Positions 46,628 to 60,353 of a DNA stretch of 64,000 nucleotides are shown in pieces. The stretch spans positions 1 to 64,000 of the forward strand of contig OZ024746.1 in assembly GCA_964016885.1 (NCBI GenBank), in the 5' to 3' direction. Both the position numbers and the translations under genes were made by a program. This DNA comes from Eledone cirrhosa. Taxonomy: Eukaryota. The notes below the pieces were generated by a model. It was given only the letters and a program-made list of their open reading frames with translations. It was not told where the DNA came from and ran no database searches. The first letter of the stretch is position 1; the number at the start of each line of letters is the position of its first letter.

Positions 46628-47015
46628 ATCATCATCATCATCACCATCATCTTCATTTAAGGTCTATCTTCCATGCTAGCATGGGTTAGACGGGAGTTGT
46701 CCCACTTGAAACAAGGTTGGTCAGGTGACCGTGTCTCGCTCATATAGGACTATCTGGCAGGTTTTCTACGGCTGGATGCCCTTCCTAACACCAACCACAT
46801 TTACAGTGTGGAACTGGGAACTTTTTACCGTGTTACCTACACGACCACATTACAGCATGGACTGTTTTTTTTTGTCGTGACACCTACACGATCTCGATCT
46901 CATTATCTCATTTATTTGGACTGGATGTTGTGGTACCAACTTTACAGAGAGAGGGTGGTGTTAGTGGGAGTGGGAGGATAGGGTAGGGTAGTGGATTGGG
47001 GGTGTATATTTGGTT
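46628..47015 (-). mobile_element. RTE family A-related 3' UTR
   Basis: Similar to 39750-40210 and 60590-60980; tail-to-tail with the preceding element. Confidence 0.75.
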
Positions 47016-47099
47016 ATGTATATATGTGTATGTATATGTGATGTGAATGTTAATATTTAAATTTGTGTGTATAACCATATTTCCAAATGGAGGGGTAAA

Positions 47100-49887
47100 G
47101 AGAGCCCTGGGTCCAGTAAGACAACCTCTCTAGTGCTGGTGGCACGAATAAAAGCACCCAGTCCATGCTCTAAAGTGTTGCTGGTGTTAGGAAGGGCATC
47201 CAACCAGTATATATACTACTGCCAAACACTTTGAACACAACGAATGAAATTTGCAACAACTGCATAAACAGCAATAACACTAACCATGTTAGGGCTGCAC
47301 ACGGTAGTGGGGTGTCTGGTGCGGCCATGTGCGAGAATCCCCCGACCGTCATCAAACAATCGCACAAAAACAACTGTGTAAACAGCAATAACACTAACCA
47401 TGTTAAGGCTGCGCACGTTAGTGGGGTGGCTAGTGAGGCCATGTGTGAGAACTCCACAACAGGAAAAAGAACGAGACGTCGCATCTCGGAGTTGCAAGAC
47501 TTACTGTTGGCACTCTAACAGGTAGATCTGGTGAGATAGCGGAGATGCTGGAGAGAAGGCATGTGGATGTGTGCAAGAGGTGAGATGGAGAGGTGCCTCT
47601 GCAAGACTAATCGCAGGCAAACATCGTAGTTATAAGCTTTTCTGGGTGGGTAATGATGATGGGTTAGGTGGGGTGGGCATATTACTGGCTGAGAGGTAGA
47701 TCAATAAGACAATAGAGGTAGTTAGAGTTAGTGATAGAATAATTAAGCTTAGATTAGTTGTAGGCAAGAGACTACTGACAATCATCTCTGCCTATGCTCC
47801 CCAGGCAGGCCTAGGTAAAGAAGAGAAAGACTGCTTTTACGAGCAACTTTTATAAACAGCCTCAATGACAGAGGACAGAGACATCGTTATGCTAGCAAGG
47901 GACTTCAATGGATATGTTGGACAGCTCCAGGATGGATACACTGGGGTACATGGTGGGCACAGTTACGGCTCAAGAAATGAAGGAGTGAGGCTTCTTGAAT
48001 TTTGTGACGCAAATGCACTAACCATTTGCAACACTAACTTCCAGAAGCCTACCAACCACCTAATAACCTACAAATCAGGCAAGCACATAAGCCAGATTGA
48101 CTTCCTGCTAGTTAGACAGCAAGACAGACAGATGGTGTCAAATACTAAGGCATACCCTGGGGAAGAATGTACCCCACAGCATAGGTTAGTCGTTAGTGAC
48201 ATCTCAGTAAGCATGAGAAAGAATGAAACATACAGGAAGGTGTGGAAAAGAAAGGTCTGGAAGCTAAAAGACCTTTCATTAAAATATAAATTTAGCAAAG
48301 CCCTTCAAGACATGTATGACGAAAAAGGAGACGATTTAGAGTTGTATGACATAGATGATAACTGGAATTTCTTACGTGACAACTTACTGCAGCCTACTGA
48401 AGAAACTTGTGGTTGGGGCAGAGCTTCAACCAGGCAGAGAGTGACCTGGTGGTGGAACAGCACGGTAGATAGGGCCATTAGTGACAAAAGACTGGCATGA
48501 AAGGCTTGGAAAAAGGGTGGGAGTAGAGAAGGATACACAGCCGCGAGGAGAGAAGCTAAACATCAGGTGCACTTAGCACGCAGGGAGGCTGAGAGTAGGA
48601 GGTTTGCCAATGTTGTGCAATAGGAAGATCAGAGACATGCAGTGTTCTGCATTGCAAGGCAGTGTATCAGTGCAAATCAGGATGTTGTTGGAGATAAGTG
48701 TGTCTGGAATGATGCCGGTGTACTTAGTGTCACGAATGATCAAAAAAAGGAGGCCTGGAAATGTCATTATGAGAAGAGACTGATGAATGTGAAGACTAGG
48801 TGTAGAGGAATGGCTTGTGAGGGCAGTGCAAGCTATATGCAGGGGTGCTGTCAGTAAAGTGAGAGTAGGTATGGAGTTTAGTGGGGAATTACAGATACAA
48901 GTAGGTGTACAGCAGGGTTCGGTCTTCAACCTGCTCTTGTTCATTATAGTCCTCCAAGCCATAACAGAGGAGTTTAAGACTGGAGGCCCATGGGAACTTC
49001 TCTATGCTGATGATCTGATTCTTATAGCAGAATCAGTAGAGGAGCTAGAGAATAAATTCTGGCTATGGAAACAGCAGTTGGAATCAAGAGGACTGAGAGT
49101 GAACATAGCTAAGACAAAAGTGTTGATAAGTAGAAGAGGACAATACTCTGATTCCATCAGGGAAATGGCCATGTTCGATATGTAGGAAAGGAACTGGCAT
49201 AAATTCCATAAAATGTACGCAATGCAGATCTTGGGTACATATTTTTCCAATGCAGGTGGGTTCTACAGAAGTGGTTGATAGCTTTCGGTACCTAGGTGAT
49301 CAGATTAGCATGGGAGGGGGGTGCTCTGAGGCCATAGTATCTAAAATAAGGACGGGTTGGAAGAAGTTTAGGGAGTTTCTTCCTCTCTTGACAAAGAAGG
49401 GTTTCTCCCTGCGTACGAAAGGACGGTTATATGATGCCTGTGTGAGATGCGCGATGCTGCATGGTAGTGAGATATGGGCAGCAACTGCAGTGGATATGCG
49501 ACGGCTGGAGAGAAATGAAGCAAGTATGCTCCGTTGGATGTGCAATGTTAATGTGCGTGAACGACCAAGCATAGACGAGTTGAGAAAGAAACTGGGTATA
49601 AGTGGGATAAGTTGTGGTGCGCAGGAGAGAAGGCTGAGATGGTATGGACATGTGATGCGCATGGAGGATGACCGCTGGGTAAAGAAGTGCCTGAAATCCC
49701 AGTAGAAGGAAGACGCAGTAGAGGAAGACAACGTAAAACATGGGCGGAGGTGGTGAGAGCTGAACTGAGATCGCTGAAACTCACGGAGGAGAAGGACCTT
49801 GACAAATGGAGAGATGCTGTGCTGAATAAGACCCATCCAACCTCTGCAAGCAGGGAAAAGTGGACGTAAAATGAGGATGATGATGAT
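47100..49887 (+). mobile_element. Near full-span RTE LINE (family B) pseudocopy with APE, internally deleted RT and tail
   Basis: NVGTL, ISAYAPQ, DFNGYVG, SQIDFLLV, HRLVVSD and LLYADD. A large deletion near 48792 joins RLMNV to LGVEEW, with a second deletion near 49240. (GAT)n tail. Confidence 0.92.
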
Positions 49888-50377
49888 ACACACACACACA
49901 CACACCATTTTAGCATTCTATAACATAAGTATTTGACACAATATTAACCCTACAAACTTTTATGCATCCTTTCTTTTTCACCTGCAGTAAGGCAACCAAC
50001 TGGCTTTAGATTTCATGGGTGGAAATAGATTTTAAGCAAAGTGACAAATATGAAAAACATGTATTTTTAATGTGGTGTATTTTATATTTCCTGCAATTTA
50101 TGGTGCAGCTTGTTACCATGATTTTGGCATTTGATGCCTTTCTTTGTATACAATAAAAATTATTCAGAAATTCATAATTTAACAGTAACATGGTGGCCAC
50201 ATTTAATGCACATATTTTATTTATTTTCATCTGTTTGACATAGGTTAACATATGTACAAGTTATTTTCATCTGTTTGAGATGGGTGAACATATGTACAAG
50301 GAATACCAGTTTTGTGATATTATAATAGATTTTAACTAATAAAATTGATTCATTGTTAACATCATCATCATTTAATG

Positions 50378-50630
50378 CAGTCATGAGTAACCTGCGGCCC
50401 GCGAAGCTTTCTGAATTTTTTACCCCGACTTTTTAGTCGTAATTTATCTTTATCATTGTTATGATCGAGGAAAACAACGTGTACGAATTCTAAAGAAACA
50501 GATCAAAACAACCTGAGTCACAGTCCGTTATTTTTAATGTGGGCATGAATGTAAATTAGCGCTTGCGGCCCGCCTGATGATGAGCCATATCTCATGTGGC
50601 CTGCTTCTCGAAAAAGGTTGCCCATGCCTG
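50378..50630. mobile_element. hAT-family MITE
   Basis: Ends CAGTCATGAGTAACCT and AGGTTGCCCATGCCTG; perfect 8-bp TSD ATTTAATG (50370-50377 and 50631-50638); GCGGCCCG subterminal motifs. Confidence 0.9.
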
Positions 50631-50666
50631 ATTTAATGTCTATTTTCCATCTTCCATGGGTTAGAC

Positions 50667-51768
50667 AAGTGGTTCTCAAACAAGGTCCATGTAACATTAC
50701 TAAAGGTCCACAAAAAAAATAGCAAATTGGGGTCCACGGTAATATTTTAGTGGTCCATAGAGCAATTTTACTTTGGAATGGTGGTTACAACTGAGAATTG
50801 GAATTTCTATGGTAATCTAAGCCATATTAAAATACTAAAAATAGAAATATTCACGTAAGTTTGGTTCTTTTCATGGTTATCATCAATATTAATGCTACTC
50901 TAATAGAAATCTGGTATTTTTTTTTGCTTACGGTACACTGTATATCAAAAAATACAAGGATCAACTCTCATACCATGATATTTTGAAGTAGGTGGAGCTT
51001 CATGCATCTATTTGAGAGCAGGGCTGCCAAAATATATTTTGTGATAGTAAAAAAAAAATTTCCGAAACGTAACCGAAATATTGAAAATATGCAAACTTAG
51101 TTTGCATAGTGACAATTCCTTTTGAAGTTAATACTGCTGATCTAGACATTTATTTGCAGGAGACCCTCAATGATTTGCAGAGTGATGAAATATTGCAAAC
51201 AAAATTCAAAGATGGGAAGCATACTATATAAAAAAAAAACAAATGACACTCCTACAAAATATTCATTACTCTGGGAAAAAGCGCAGCTCTACGTTATTGT
51301 TTTTCTATCATATCTTGTTGAATCAGGTTTTAGTTATGAATCTCTATCAAAAGTCTGTAATAGACTCAACATTGTGAAAAAATGTTGATCTTTGACTATC
51401 ATTGACATCAATGGAGCCAAAAATAAAATTACTCGCAGAGAGGCATCAACCACAGGGATCTCATTGAATAAATTTTAAAAATTTATTAATTACTCAGATA
51501 TTTAAAATGGTTGATGAATTATTTTACTAGTGTGCATAAATGTTCCATAGAATTTAGTTGTTAAATACAAGCTTATAAATATTAAATTAGTTTTACTTCA
51601 AAATAAAGTATATACATTTACTATTTCTGTAATACAATTCCTAATCTTATCTATACATGAAATAAAAAATAATTTTTTTTTTTTTTTCATCAAATGGTTA
51701 TGAGGAGGTCAACCAAAAAAAATTAAGAATAAAAGTGGTCCATAGGTAAAAAAGGTTGAGAACCACTG
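50667..51768 (+). mobile_element. Non-autonomous hAT (Buster/Charlie-like) element with transposase C-terminal remnant
   Basis: TIRs AGTGGTTCTCAA and TTGAGAACCACTG; degenerate TSD GGTTAGAC/GCTTAAAC with central TA; remnant SYLVESGFS..NRLNIV..LSLTSMEPKIKLLAERHQPQGSH*. Confidence 0.85.
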
Positions 51769-54700
51769 GCTTAAACAGATTATCACGTTCTGAGGCTGGA
51801 CTAGGCAGGTGACCATGTCCTGCTCATATCTTCCATTTGCAGCTTTTGAGTCTATGGCTGGATGCCCTTCCTAATGCCAACCACTTTACTGTGTGCTGGG
51901 AACATTTTGTTGTGATTCTGGCACTACTACCTTACAGGGTGGACTGAGTACTTCTGTTGTGGTACCAGCACAAATGCCTTACAGTGCAGAGCACCTTAAA
52001 TATGTAAATTAGGAGCAACAATATTTAACTCTTAATATCAACCGGGTCAAAAGTGGACTTGGTCCTACGAAACAAAACCATCCATTTTAAAAGGTTCCTA
52101 TTCAAATTAAAATCAGCCATCAAAATTTTATAGAAAAACCATATATTAAGTTAAAATGTTAGTAATAAAATGATTAATAATTTTGGCAAATCCCTCAAGT
52201 CTTTTTTAATTTAAATAGAATGTATATCATTAGAAATACAGCAATGAAAGGACTAAATGTTGGAGCATGAAAAAGAGAAGAGAGAAGCAAGATTTAATCA
52301 TTTTAAATATCTATAGTTTGCACCTATGCCGGTTTAGCTGACCTCCTACATGGCTGCATCTCATAGGAGGTTTCTCGGGTGTTGAAATGATATGGGCCCC
52401 AAGACCTATAATGAAAAGCAATGTGAAATAAAGCATCTTGTTCAAGAACCTAATGTACCAACTGGTCCAGTAATCAAATCCATGATCTTATGATCACAAT
52501 TCCAACACCCTAGCCACTAGGCCACACTCTAAATATTTATTACATAAAATTCATATTAACATTAAATTGATAAAGCAAAGGGAAAAATATTTTGAAAATC
52601 CATGGACAAAAACAAAGAAATCTTGCCCTAAGAATTAAATAAAAAATGTAATTGGTGCAATGTTAATGGCAAGAGAGAGATATATATATAGAGAAAGAAC
52701 AGGTAAAAATAGCTCTAAAAATAGACATCATCAGAGGTAGCAGTAATAATAAATAGACAGCTATTAGGAGGCAGCAAGATGGATTCAACAATACATACTG
52801 CTTGACTATTTATACTGATATTTAAAAATAGACTGCAGATTAACACATGAAGGCGCTGAAAAAAACAAACAAACTAGATTTTATAATCTCTCAACATGTC
52901 CTAGCATCCTAGCAGTACATGTGGAAAAAAAACCCCAAGTAAACCTATAATATTTCATCATCATTTTATGTCTGCTTTCCAAGTTGGCATGGGTTGGACA
53001 AGTTGTCACAGTTCAAAACTAGACTGGTTGAAGAGACTTTATCTTGCTCATATGCGACATATTCAGCATGGTTTCTATGACAGGATGTGCTTCTAATGCC
53101 AGCCACTTTACAGAGTGTACTGGGTGCATTTTACTGTGGCACCAGAAAGATTTTCATATGCTTAGACAGACTGAAGAGTTCTCTCTATGCTATAGTGTTT
53201 CGTTTGATTGCTAACCACTTTCTAAAGTATACTGGGTGCATTTTATCATGGCACTAATATCAGAGAAGTTATCAGATACATGACGTCTGGAAGGTCCTCT
53301 ATATTGTCTCAATCTATTCCACTTTACAGAGGTATCTAAATCTTTTGATCAAGCTGTGAGATTGCATGCTCCCTAAGTCACTGCATTGGTACCATAAAAA
53401 ATGCTGCCATTCAGTAGCTTTGAATTTAGAATATTTTTGCTAAAAGCATCAAAAGTTATGCTCAGTGGTTGGGGAAAAATTAGAGGGAATAGTGGGTATC
53501 AGTAAAGCTTTCAATTTACACTAGGATAAAAATATGAACTATTTCACTATTGAGATTACTTCTGTAGAAATAGAGTCCTTCATAATCATTTTTGGAAGTT
53601 AAATTTCCCCAAAAAAATTTCAAGTAATTAAACAAAACAAAAATTGTACTACATCAGCCAAATTAATTTTTTTTTCAAGCAAAACAAGGAGTTTACACAT
53701 ATTAAAGACACGCAAGAGGCACCTTATATATAATGATACAAATGTAAGTATATCTATACAAATAACCAAAACTCTGAACAACCTGTTAAATCAATGTAAA
53801 ATGATTTTTTAAATCTTTAAAATTCCAACTTTAGTGTTTATGCGACAATATAATGCACTCACTACCCCTGTAAAATGGTTGATATTCATAGAATGGACAC
53901 CCAGCTATAGAAACCATGCCCAAACCAAATGTATGTGAGATATGGCCCCTGGCTCATCTGGGAGGACAGTAGCTCTGATTACTGACTTGGACAGTCATGA
54001 AACATTCAACAAATGCCACTATAGAAAAAAGGACATATGATGATAACACGCATGGTTGTATGAGGCAATGTTCTTCTTAAACTCAGATTACAATAAACCA
54101 ATTATATTGGTTTTAAAATTTTGAGATAAAACAACCTCCGTACAAAAGAGAATGAGCGTATTTTATTTTTAGAGAGAGAGAATTGTGATATTTTGGAAAT
54201 TGAGATAAAGATTGTTGAATCTAAACTGAAAATATTACTAATGGATAGCAGAGTAAGTTGATGGTACATACACTTTTGGAAATGTTACAATAGTGTGTGT
54301 GCGTGCGTGTGTATATATATATATATATGTACTATGTGTATCCAAGTTTCTAGAAGAGATACACTGTATCCCTACATGTCAGAAACAACTAAAGGGAAGG
54401 TAGATAGTCTTCAGCTTATAAACTGATGTATTAAACCTTCATTGAAATCTATATGTAACAAAAAATATGGCACCAATAAACAGAATATATGGTTATCACT
54501 TAGGCTAATGTTTGTTAATTCTTGGTTATTTTATAGATTAAGTAATACTCTAAGATACTTTGGCTAAATTAACCCTTTAGTTACCACCTGGGCCTAAACT
54601 GGTCCTGGTCCTATAAAATAAAATCACCCAATTTAAATTAAAATCTTCCAGTATAATTTTATACAAGAATTAAGTTACTATCTTAGCACTTTACAGCGTG

Positions 54701-54931
54701 GACTGGGTGCTTTTTGTCGTGACACCAACACGACCACTACACAGTGTGGACTAGATGTTCTGTGGTACCAACATAACTTTATAGAGAAAGGGTGGTGTGT
54801 GTGGAAGTGGGAGGTGTAGTAGGGCTAGTGGGGTAGGGGTGTATATTTGGTTAAGAGGTGCCTACTGACAGTAGGTTTAACTTCGTACATAAGGGAAGGT
54901 GGGTCTTCTATATTACTGTATATATATTACA

Positions 54932-55090
54932 GTAGAAGGAAGGCGCAGTAGAGGAAGACCATGAGAAACATGGGCAGAAGTGGTGAGAGCAAACCTCAGA
55001 TCGCTGAAACTCACGGAGGAGATGACGAAGGAGATGCTGTGCTGAATAGGACCTGTCCCACCCTTGCAAGTACGTAAAATGATGATGATG
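54932..55090 (+). mobile_element. RTE family B short 3' end
   Basis: GTAGAAGGAAGGCGCAGTAGAGGAAGACC...CCCTTGCAAG..ACGTAAAATGATGATG. Confidence 0.8.
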
Positions 55091-55107
55091 ATACTGTATG
55101 TATATAT

Positions 55108-55833
55108 ATCATCATCATTTTACATCCGCTTTTCCCTGCTTGCAAGGGTGGAACAGGTCCTATTCAGCACAGTATCTCTCCATTCGTCACGATCCTTCGT
55201 CATCTCCTCGGTGAGCTTCAACCATCTGCTCTCACCACCTCCGCCCATGTTTTATGTGGTCTACCTCTACTGCGTCTTCCTTCTACTGGGATTTCTTGGC
55301 ACTTCTTTATCCAGCGGTCATCCTCCATGCGCATCACTTGCCCATACCATCTCAGTCTTCTCTTCCGCACACTACAGCTTACCCCTCTTATACACTGTTT
55401 CTCTCTCAACTCATCCATTCTTGGTCGTTCACACACATTGACATTGCACATCCAACGGAGCATGTTTGCTTCATTTCTCTCCTGCCATCACATATCCTCC
55501 ATAGTTGTAGCCCATGTCTCACTACCATGCAGCATGGCGCATCTTACAAAGCATCATATAACCGGCCTTTCATTTGTAGGGAGAAACCCTTCTTTACCAA
55601 CAGAGGAAGCAGCTCCCTAAACTTCTTCCAGCCCGTCATTCTAGATACTATGGCCTCGGAGCACCCTCCTCCTATGCTAATCTGATCACCTAGACATTGG
55701 AAGCTATCAACCACCTCTATAGATCCTACCTGCATTTGAAAAAAATGTGTCTATCACTGCGACTTCTGTAAAATTTCCCTGTACATCTACTGCATATGTA
55801 GTTTTCCCAACCTGTTAGTTTGCCTGCTATCCC
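55108..55833 (-). mobile_element. RTE family B 3' fragment
   Basis: ORFs 55544-55735 and 55218-55463 match the RTE C-terminus. Confidence 0.9.
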
Positions 55834-55837
55834 ATAC

Positions 55838-55871
<34 letters not shown>

Positions 55872-55904
55872 ACACATAACATACATATATATACATGTAT
55901 ATAC

Positions 55905-56275
55905 GCTTAGTGGTTAGAGCATTGGCCTTGCAATCGAAAGGTTGTGAGTTCAATTCTCAGACCGGGTGATGTGTTGTTTCCTTGAGCAAGACACTTTATT
56001 TCACATTGCTCCAGTTCACTCAGCTGTAGAAATGAGATGATAGGGAGTGGGGTCCCTTTCATTCCACTGCAAAGTGGTCTTGGAGGTACCACGGCAAAAA
56101 AGTACCCAGCCCACACTGTAAAGTGGCCGTGTAGGCGCCACGGAAAAAAAGCACCCAGCACTCACTGTAAATGAGGTTGGTGTTAGGAAGAGCATCCAGC
56201 TGTAGAAATCAAGCCAGAATCAGTTCCCGTCCCACCCTTGCAAGCAGGGAAAAGCGGATGTAAAAATGAAATGAA
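55905..56275 (+). mobile_element. tRNA-derived SINE with RTE-type tail
   Basis: Same family as 14768-15110, with one extra internal unit. Confidence 0.85.
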
Positions 56276-56337
56276 AAATGAAAAAGTACATATATATGCA
56301 CCAACTGCCCACATTGCTGTCACTAAGACACAATCAC

Positions 56338-56693
56338 AAAATGATGTTGGCATCACCTTTAAAGTACACCCAAGGCTTGGGCCCCATGCTATCCGCCCAC
56401 AACAAAAATCACACTCGCATTTCGTAACAATACGGCACAATTATTTCACCTCAATTGGCCCCGCTCTCATTAACATTACACCAAAACACATTAAATCAGA
56501 AACAGACCCCATTAAGTTTAAGAAGTCTTTGGACAAATTCCTTCAAGAAATCCCAGTTAAACCTGCTACACCCGGATATGTCTCCGTAAACAATAACTAT
56601 CTACTTGAGTGGGCCATGGTGTCCAAACCCTGATCTGAAAGACTATGCCAGGTGGTGCTATTAAGTTAGACATAGCCTGGGCCAATCCTGGCC
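56338..56693 (+). mobile_element. CR1-group LINE 3' end, same family as 27835-29988
   Basis: NDVGITFKVHPRLGP...LLEWAMVSKP* and the matching 3' UTR. Confidence 0.9.
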
Positions 56694-58104
56694 TTTATAT
56701 ATATATATATAGTATCCATCAGTACATTGTGTTATTATAGAGTAAGATGACTGAAGGTGAGAGATCGTTCCTTATTAAAGAACACTTGACTAATAAACCA
56801 TAGAAAATATCTTTTAAAAATGTTCATTGACATTAAAATAAATATACTACTACTACAGCAGCTGCTGGTGGTGATGATAATGGCATCACCACCCACGTTC
56901 AACTGGCGTCTATTTTAAACAGCTGCCCAACACTTGGCACAACAGAACAAAGGCTAAGGCAAGTAGCAGTAAAATATTGAAAACTGATCAATAGTGAGAA
57001 TGTGTGTATGTGAGAGAAAGATATTAGGTGTAGAGAAGACTACAATGAAATGGTGAGGGAGTGAAATCAATCAAACACAAGTTAACCAATGAAACAAGGC
57101 AGAGAAATAATCAATATTATCTTTTTAAGCAAGGGAAATTAAATATAAAATAAAAATGCTTTTAACAGAGAATTCAGCAAGATTTTATAGAAGTATCTAA
57201 ATGGGTATTAATACATATTTAAAAAGAACAAATATTTAACCTCTGTCTATGTGTTCAATTGACGAACTATGTTATTTTATAGAAGTATCTAAATAGGTAT
57301 CAATACACATTTAAAAATAAAATGTTTAAATAGTGGTGCCCCAACATGGCCTCAGCCAGTCGGCTGGACCACGTAATAGAATAACCTCTGGCTGTGTGTT
57401 CAGTCAACTAGCTATATTATTGAATGAACACAACAGTGTTAGAGAATAACACAGCATCTCATCAAAATTAAGTTTATAGAAATAGACACAGAAATATATT
57501 GATAAAAATACAAATGCAAAAACTAATTTTTAAATGCTGAAATATGAGTGAATAAAATGAATAAATAAACATTATCAACAATTCACACTTTTGTCACCAT
57601 GTTTCTAATGAGAGACACTGCTGATGATTTACTAACCATTCTGAAAATAATCAAGAATTTAGAGGGATTTAACAACACTATTCATTATGAGGTCAACTTT
57701 GCCTTTCATCCTTATGGGGTCGATAAAATAAAGTACCAGTAATGTACTGAGTAATTGCTGGCCGTGTGCCAAAAGTAGAAACAATTATTAAGCTGGTGTT
57801 AAAGTTCCTAGCATAAAATTATGGTAGAAGGTTTTTATGATAAATATAAATACTTTAAAATAAACAGTTTAGTATCAAAGAACCAAGGGTACTTTCAGGC
57901 AGTTTAGTAGCAAAAGGATGAAATAACCTCTATAGAGAAAATTAGGAAGTTAGTAATACAAAGTTATCATCATCTAAGTATATTTAAATATTTAAAAAGA
58001 AGCAAGGCAGAGTAATGAAGATTCCCTAGACTTGTGGAATACAAGGTAAAATTTATAATTCTGGTGCTATGATAAAAATAAACCCTGTACGCTCTGTAAA
58101 ATGA

Positions 58105-58375
58105 CAGGTGCATGGCCTAGTGGTAAGGGCGTTGGACTTATAATCATGATGTTGTGGATTCAATTCTTGGACTGGGTTGTGTGCTGTGTTCTTGATCAAA
58201 ACACTTCATTTCACGTTGCTCCAGTATACTCAACTGAAAATTAGTACAAGCAGTAGCTGTGGGTTTAACCATGTGATGGACTGGCTTCCTGTCCAAGCAG
58301 AAATCTTGTACTCTCAGTCGCTTAAAACCATAGAAATCAGGATAAGCACCAGCCTGATGAGCCTCTGGGCTCAAC
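58105..58375 (+). mobile_element. Older tRNA-derived SINE
   Basis: GCATGGCCTAGTGGTAAGGGCGTTGGACT...TTCAATTC...CAAAACACTTCATTTCACGTTGCTCCAG; an inverted relative lies at about 5980-6175. Confidence 0.65.
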
Positions 58376-58791
58376 ACAGACTTTAGACTCTGAAAAGTGG
58401 TTGGCAAACAAAGAGAAACAATGTTAGGTTGAAATAACCCTTTAACCTTGCTGAGAGCATCACAACCTTTCTACTGGTGCCATGATAAACTGCACCCAGT
58501 ATATTATCAGGTGGTTGGTGTTAGGAAGAGCATCCAGTCACAGAAACGATACAAAAATGGAACGTAAGTAAGTTGTGGTCTTCTGACATAACTAGTAGTA
58601 ACACCAGACAAAACCTCAGTTGAACTGACAACTTGTTCAATCCTTACCAGTATTATTCACAAACAAAGATAGTTGTAAGAACTCATGTACCAAAGCAGTA
58701 TTTACCAAAATAGGTTCTAAGGAACACCAGGGTGCTACATGTCTTAATAAAATTTAATGACTTTATTTTGTGTGTGCGCGCATGCGTGCAC

Positions 58792-58793
<2 letters not shown>

Positions 58794-58875
<82 letters not shown>
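58794..58875. repeat. (GT)n microsatellite, about 40 units
   Basis: Directly visible. Confidence 0.97.
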
Positions 58876-58876
<1 letters not shown>

Positions 58877-60018
58877 ATGTATGCACATTTGTGCACGTGT
58901 ATGTCAAAATGGTGAATTGACAGAGTCGTTAGAACATCGGTTAGAATATTTTGCATATTTATTTCAGTTCTCTGTTCTCCGAGTTCAAATAAAGCTGAGG
59001 TCAACTTTGCCTTTTGTCCATTTGAGGTTGATTAAAAAAGTACCTGTCCAGTACTGGGGTTGATTTTTCCTCTATATCTGTTTCTAACTTCCATTCTCTC
59101 ACTTTCTCTATCCTTCCTGAAAAAAAAAAGTCTGGTGTATTCAGACGTGGAGAGAAGATGGGCTCCACCAAGTTTTAAAATGACCTAGAAACACCATATG
59201 TCAATACGGCACTCCACAACTTCCTCGGAAGTGGCGGGTCCATAGATACATAAATTCTGTCAGTAATATAATTTTTATTTCATTTAATCCTTTCATTTGT
59301 GTATTTGTGAAATACAGTGTATTTGAATTAATTAATGAAGAATTTTATGGAATTTATTTAAATTATTCATTATTATCATAATATTTGTAATACAATTTAA
59401 CAAAAAGTTCTTATATCAAGTTACATTGGAAGATTTTAATTCAATATATATATCAGGTATTTTACCCAAATTTCTAAGTTATTTATAGTAATTGACTGTC
59501 GTTACAATTATATTCCGTGTTTCAGGTTTCTACATTTTCTAGTGTATGTGTGTCTACGCCTATGTTTATGTCCTGTAACCTGGCAGTTTGACAAAAAGAC
59601 ATTGATGAATTATGTTCAAGACTTGAAAAAAAAATAAGCCCTGGGGATTCATATGACTGTCAAGATCCCTTGAAGATGCTTCCCCAGCATGGCCACAGAC
59701 GACAAAGCAGTAAAAAGAAAAAAAAAAGTATATAACACCAGGCTCATCTGAAGATTGGCTAGAGGAATGTTCAGTGACCTTACTCCAGTATATATAACTT
59801 CAATTGTATCCCTGATTTATAAGATTTCAATCTGGGCACCTTCTCAGTCAATTGAATTATGTGAGCCTTCTGGGGCCAATAAAATAAAGTACCAGTTAAA
59901 TACTGATATTCATTTATTCAGCTAATCCTTCCCCCACAATCAACTAATCTCTCCCCACCTATATAGATTTAGCTGGATGTCTAATAACAAACCTACAAGA
60001 GTGCTATATATATATGTT

Positions 60019-60353
60019 GGAGGCACATGGCTTAGTGGTTAGAGCATTGGCCTTGCAATCGAAAGGTTGTGAGTTCAATTCTCACACCGAGTGATGTGTT
60101 GTTTCCTTGAGCAAGACCCTTTATTTCACATTGCTCCAGTTTACTCAGCTGTAGAAATTAGATGATAGGAACTGGGGTCCCTATCATTCCACTGCAAAGA
60201 GGTTGTGGCGGTGCCACGGAAAAAAAGCACCCAGCACTCACAGTAAATGAGGTTGGCGTTAGGAAGGGCATCCAGCTGTAGAAATCAAGCCAGAATCAGT
60301 TCCCATCCCACCCTTGCAAGCAGGGAAAACGAGGACGTAAAATGATGATGATG
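60019..60353 (+). mobile_element. Full-length tRNA-derived SINE with RTE-type tail
   Basis: GGAGGCACATGGCTTAGTGGTTAGAGC...GGACGTAAAATGATGATG. Confidence 0.88.

Noticed and set aside
53556-53590. Minus-strand ATGATTATGAAGGAC as a candidate PITP start exon
   Set aside because: No donor at the expected position and no RVxLP continuation; the N-terminal exons remain unlocated.
60019-60090. tRNA gene candidates at SINE heads
   Set aside because: A and B boxes are present but there is no complete cloverleaf, and they continue into SINE core and LINE tail.
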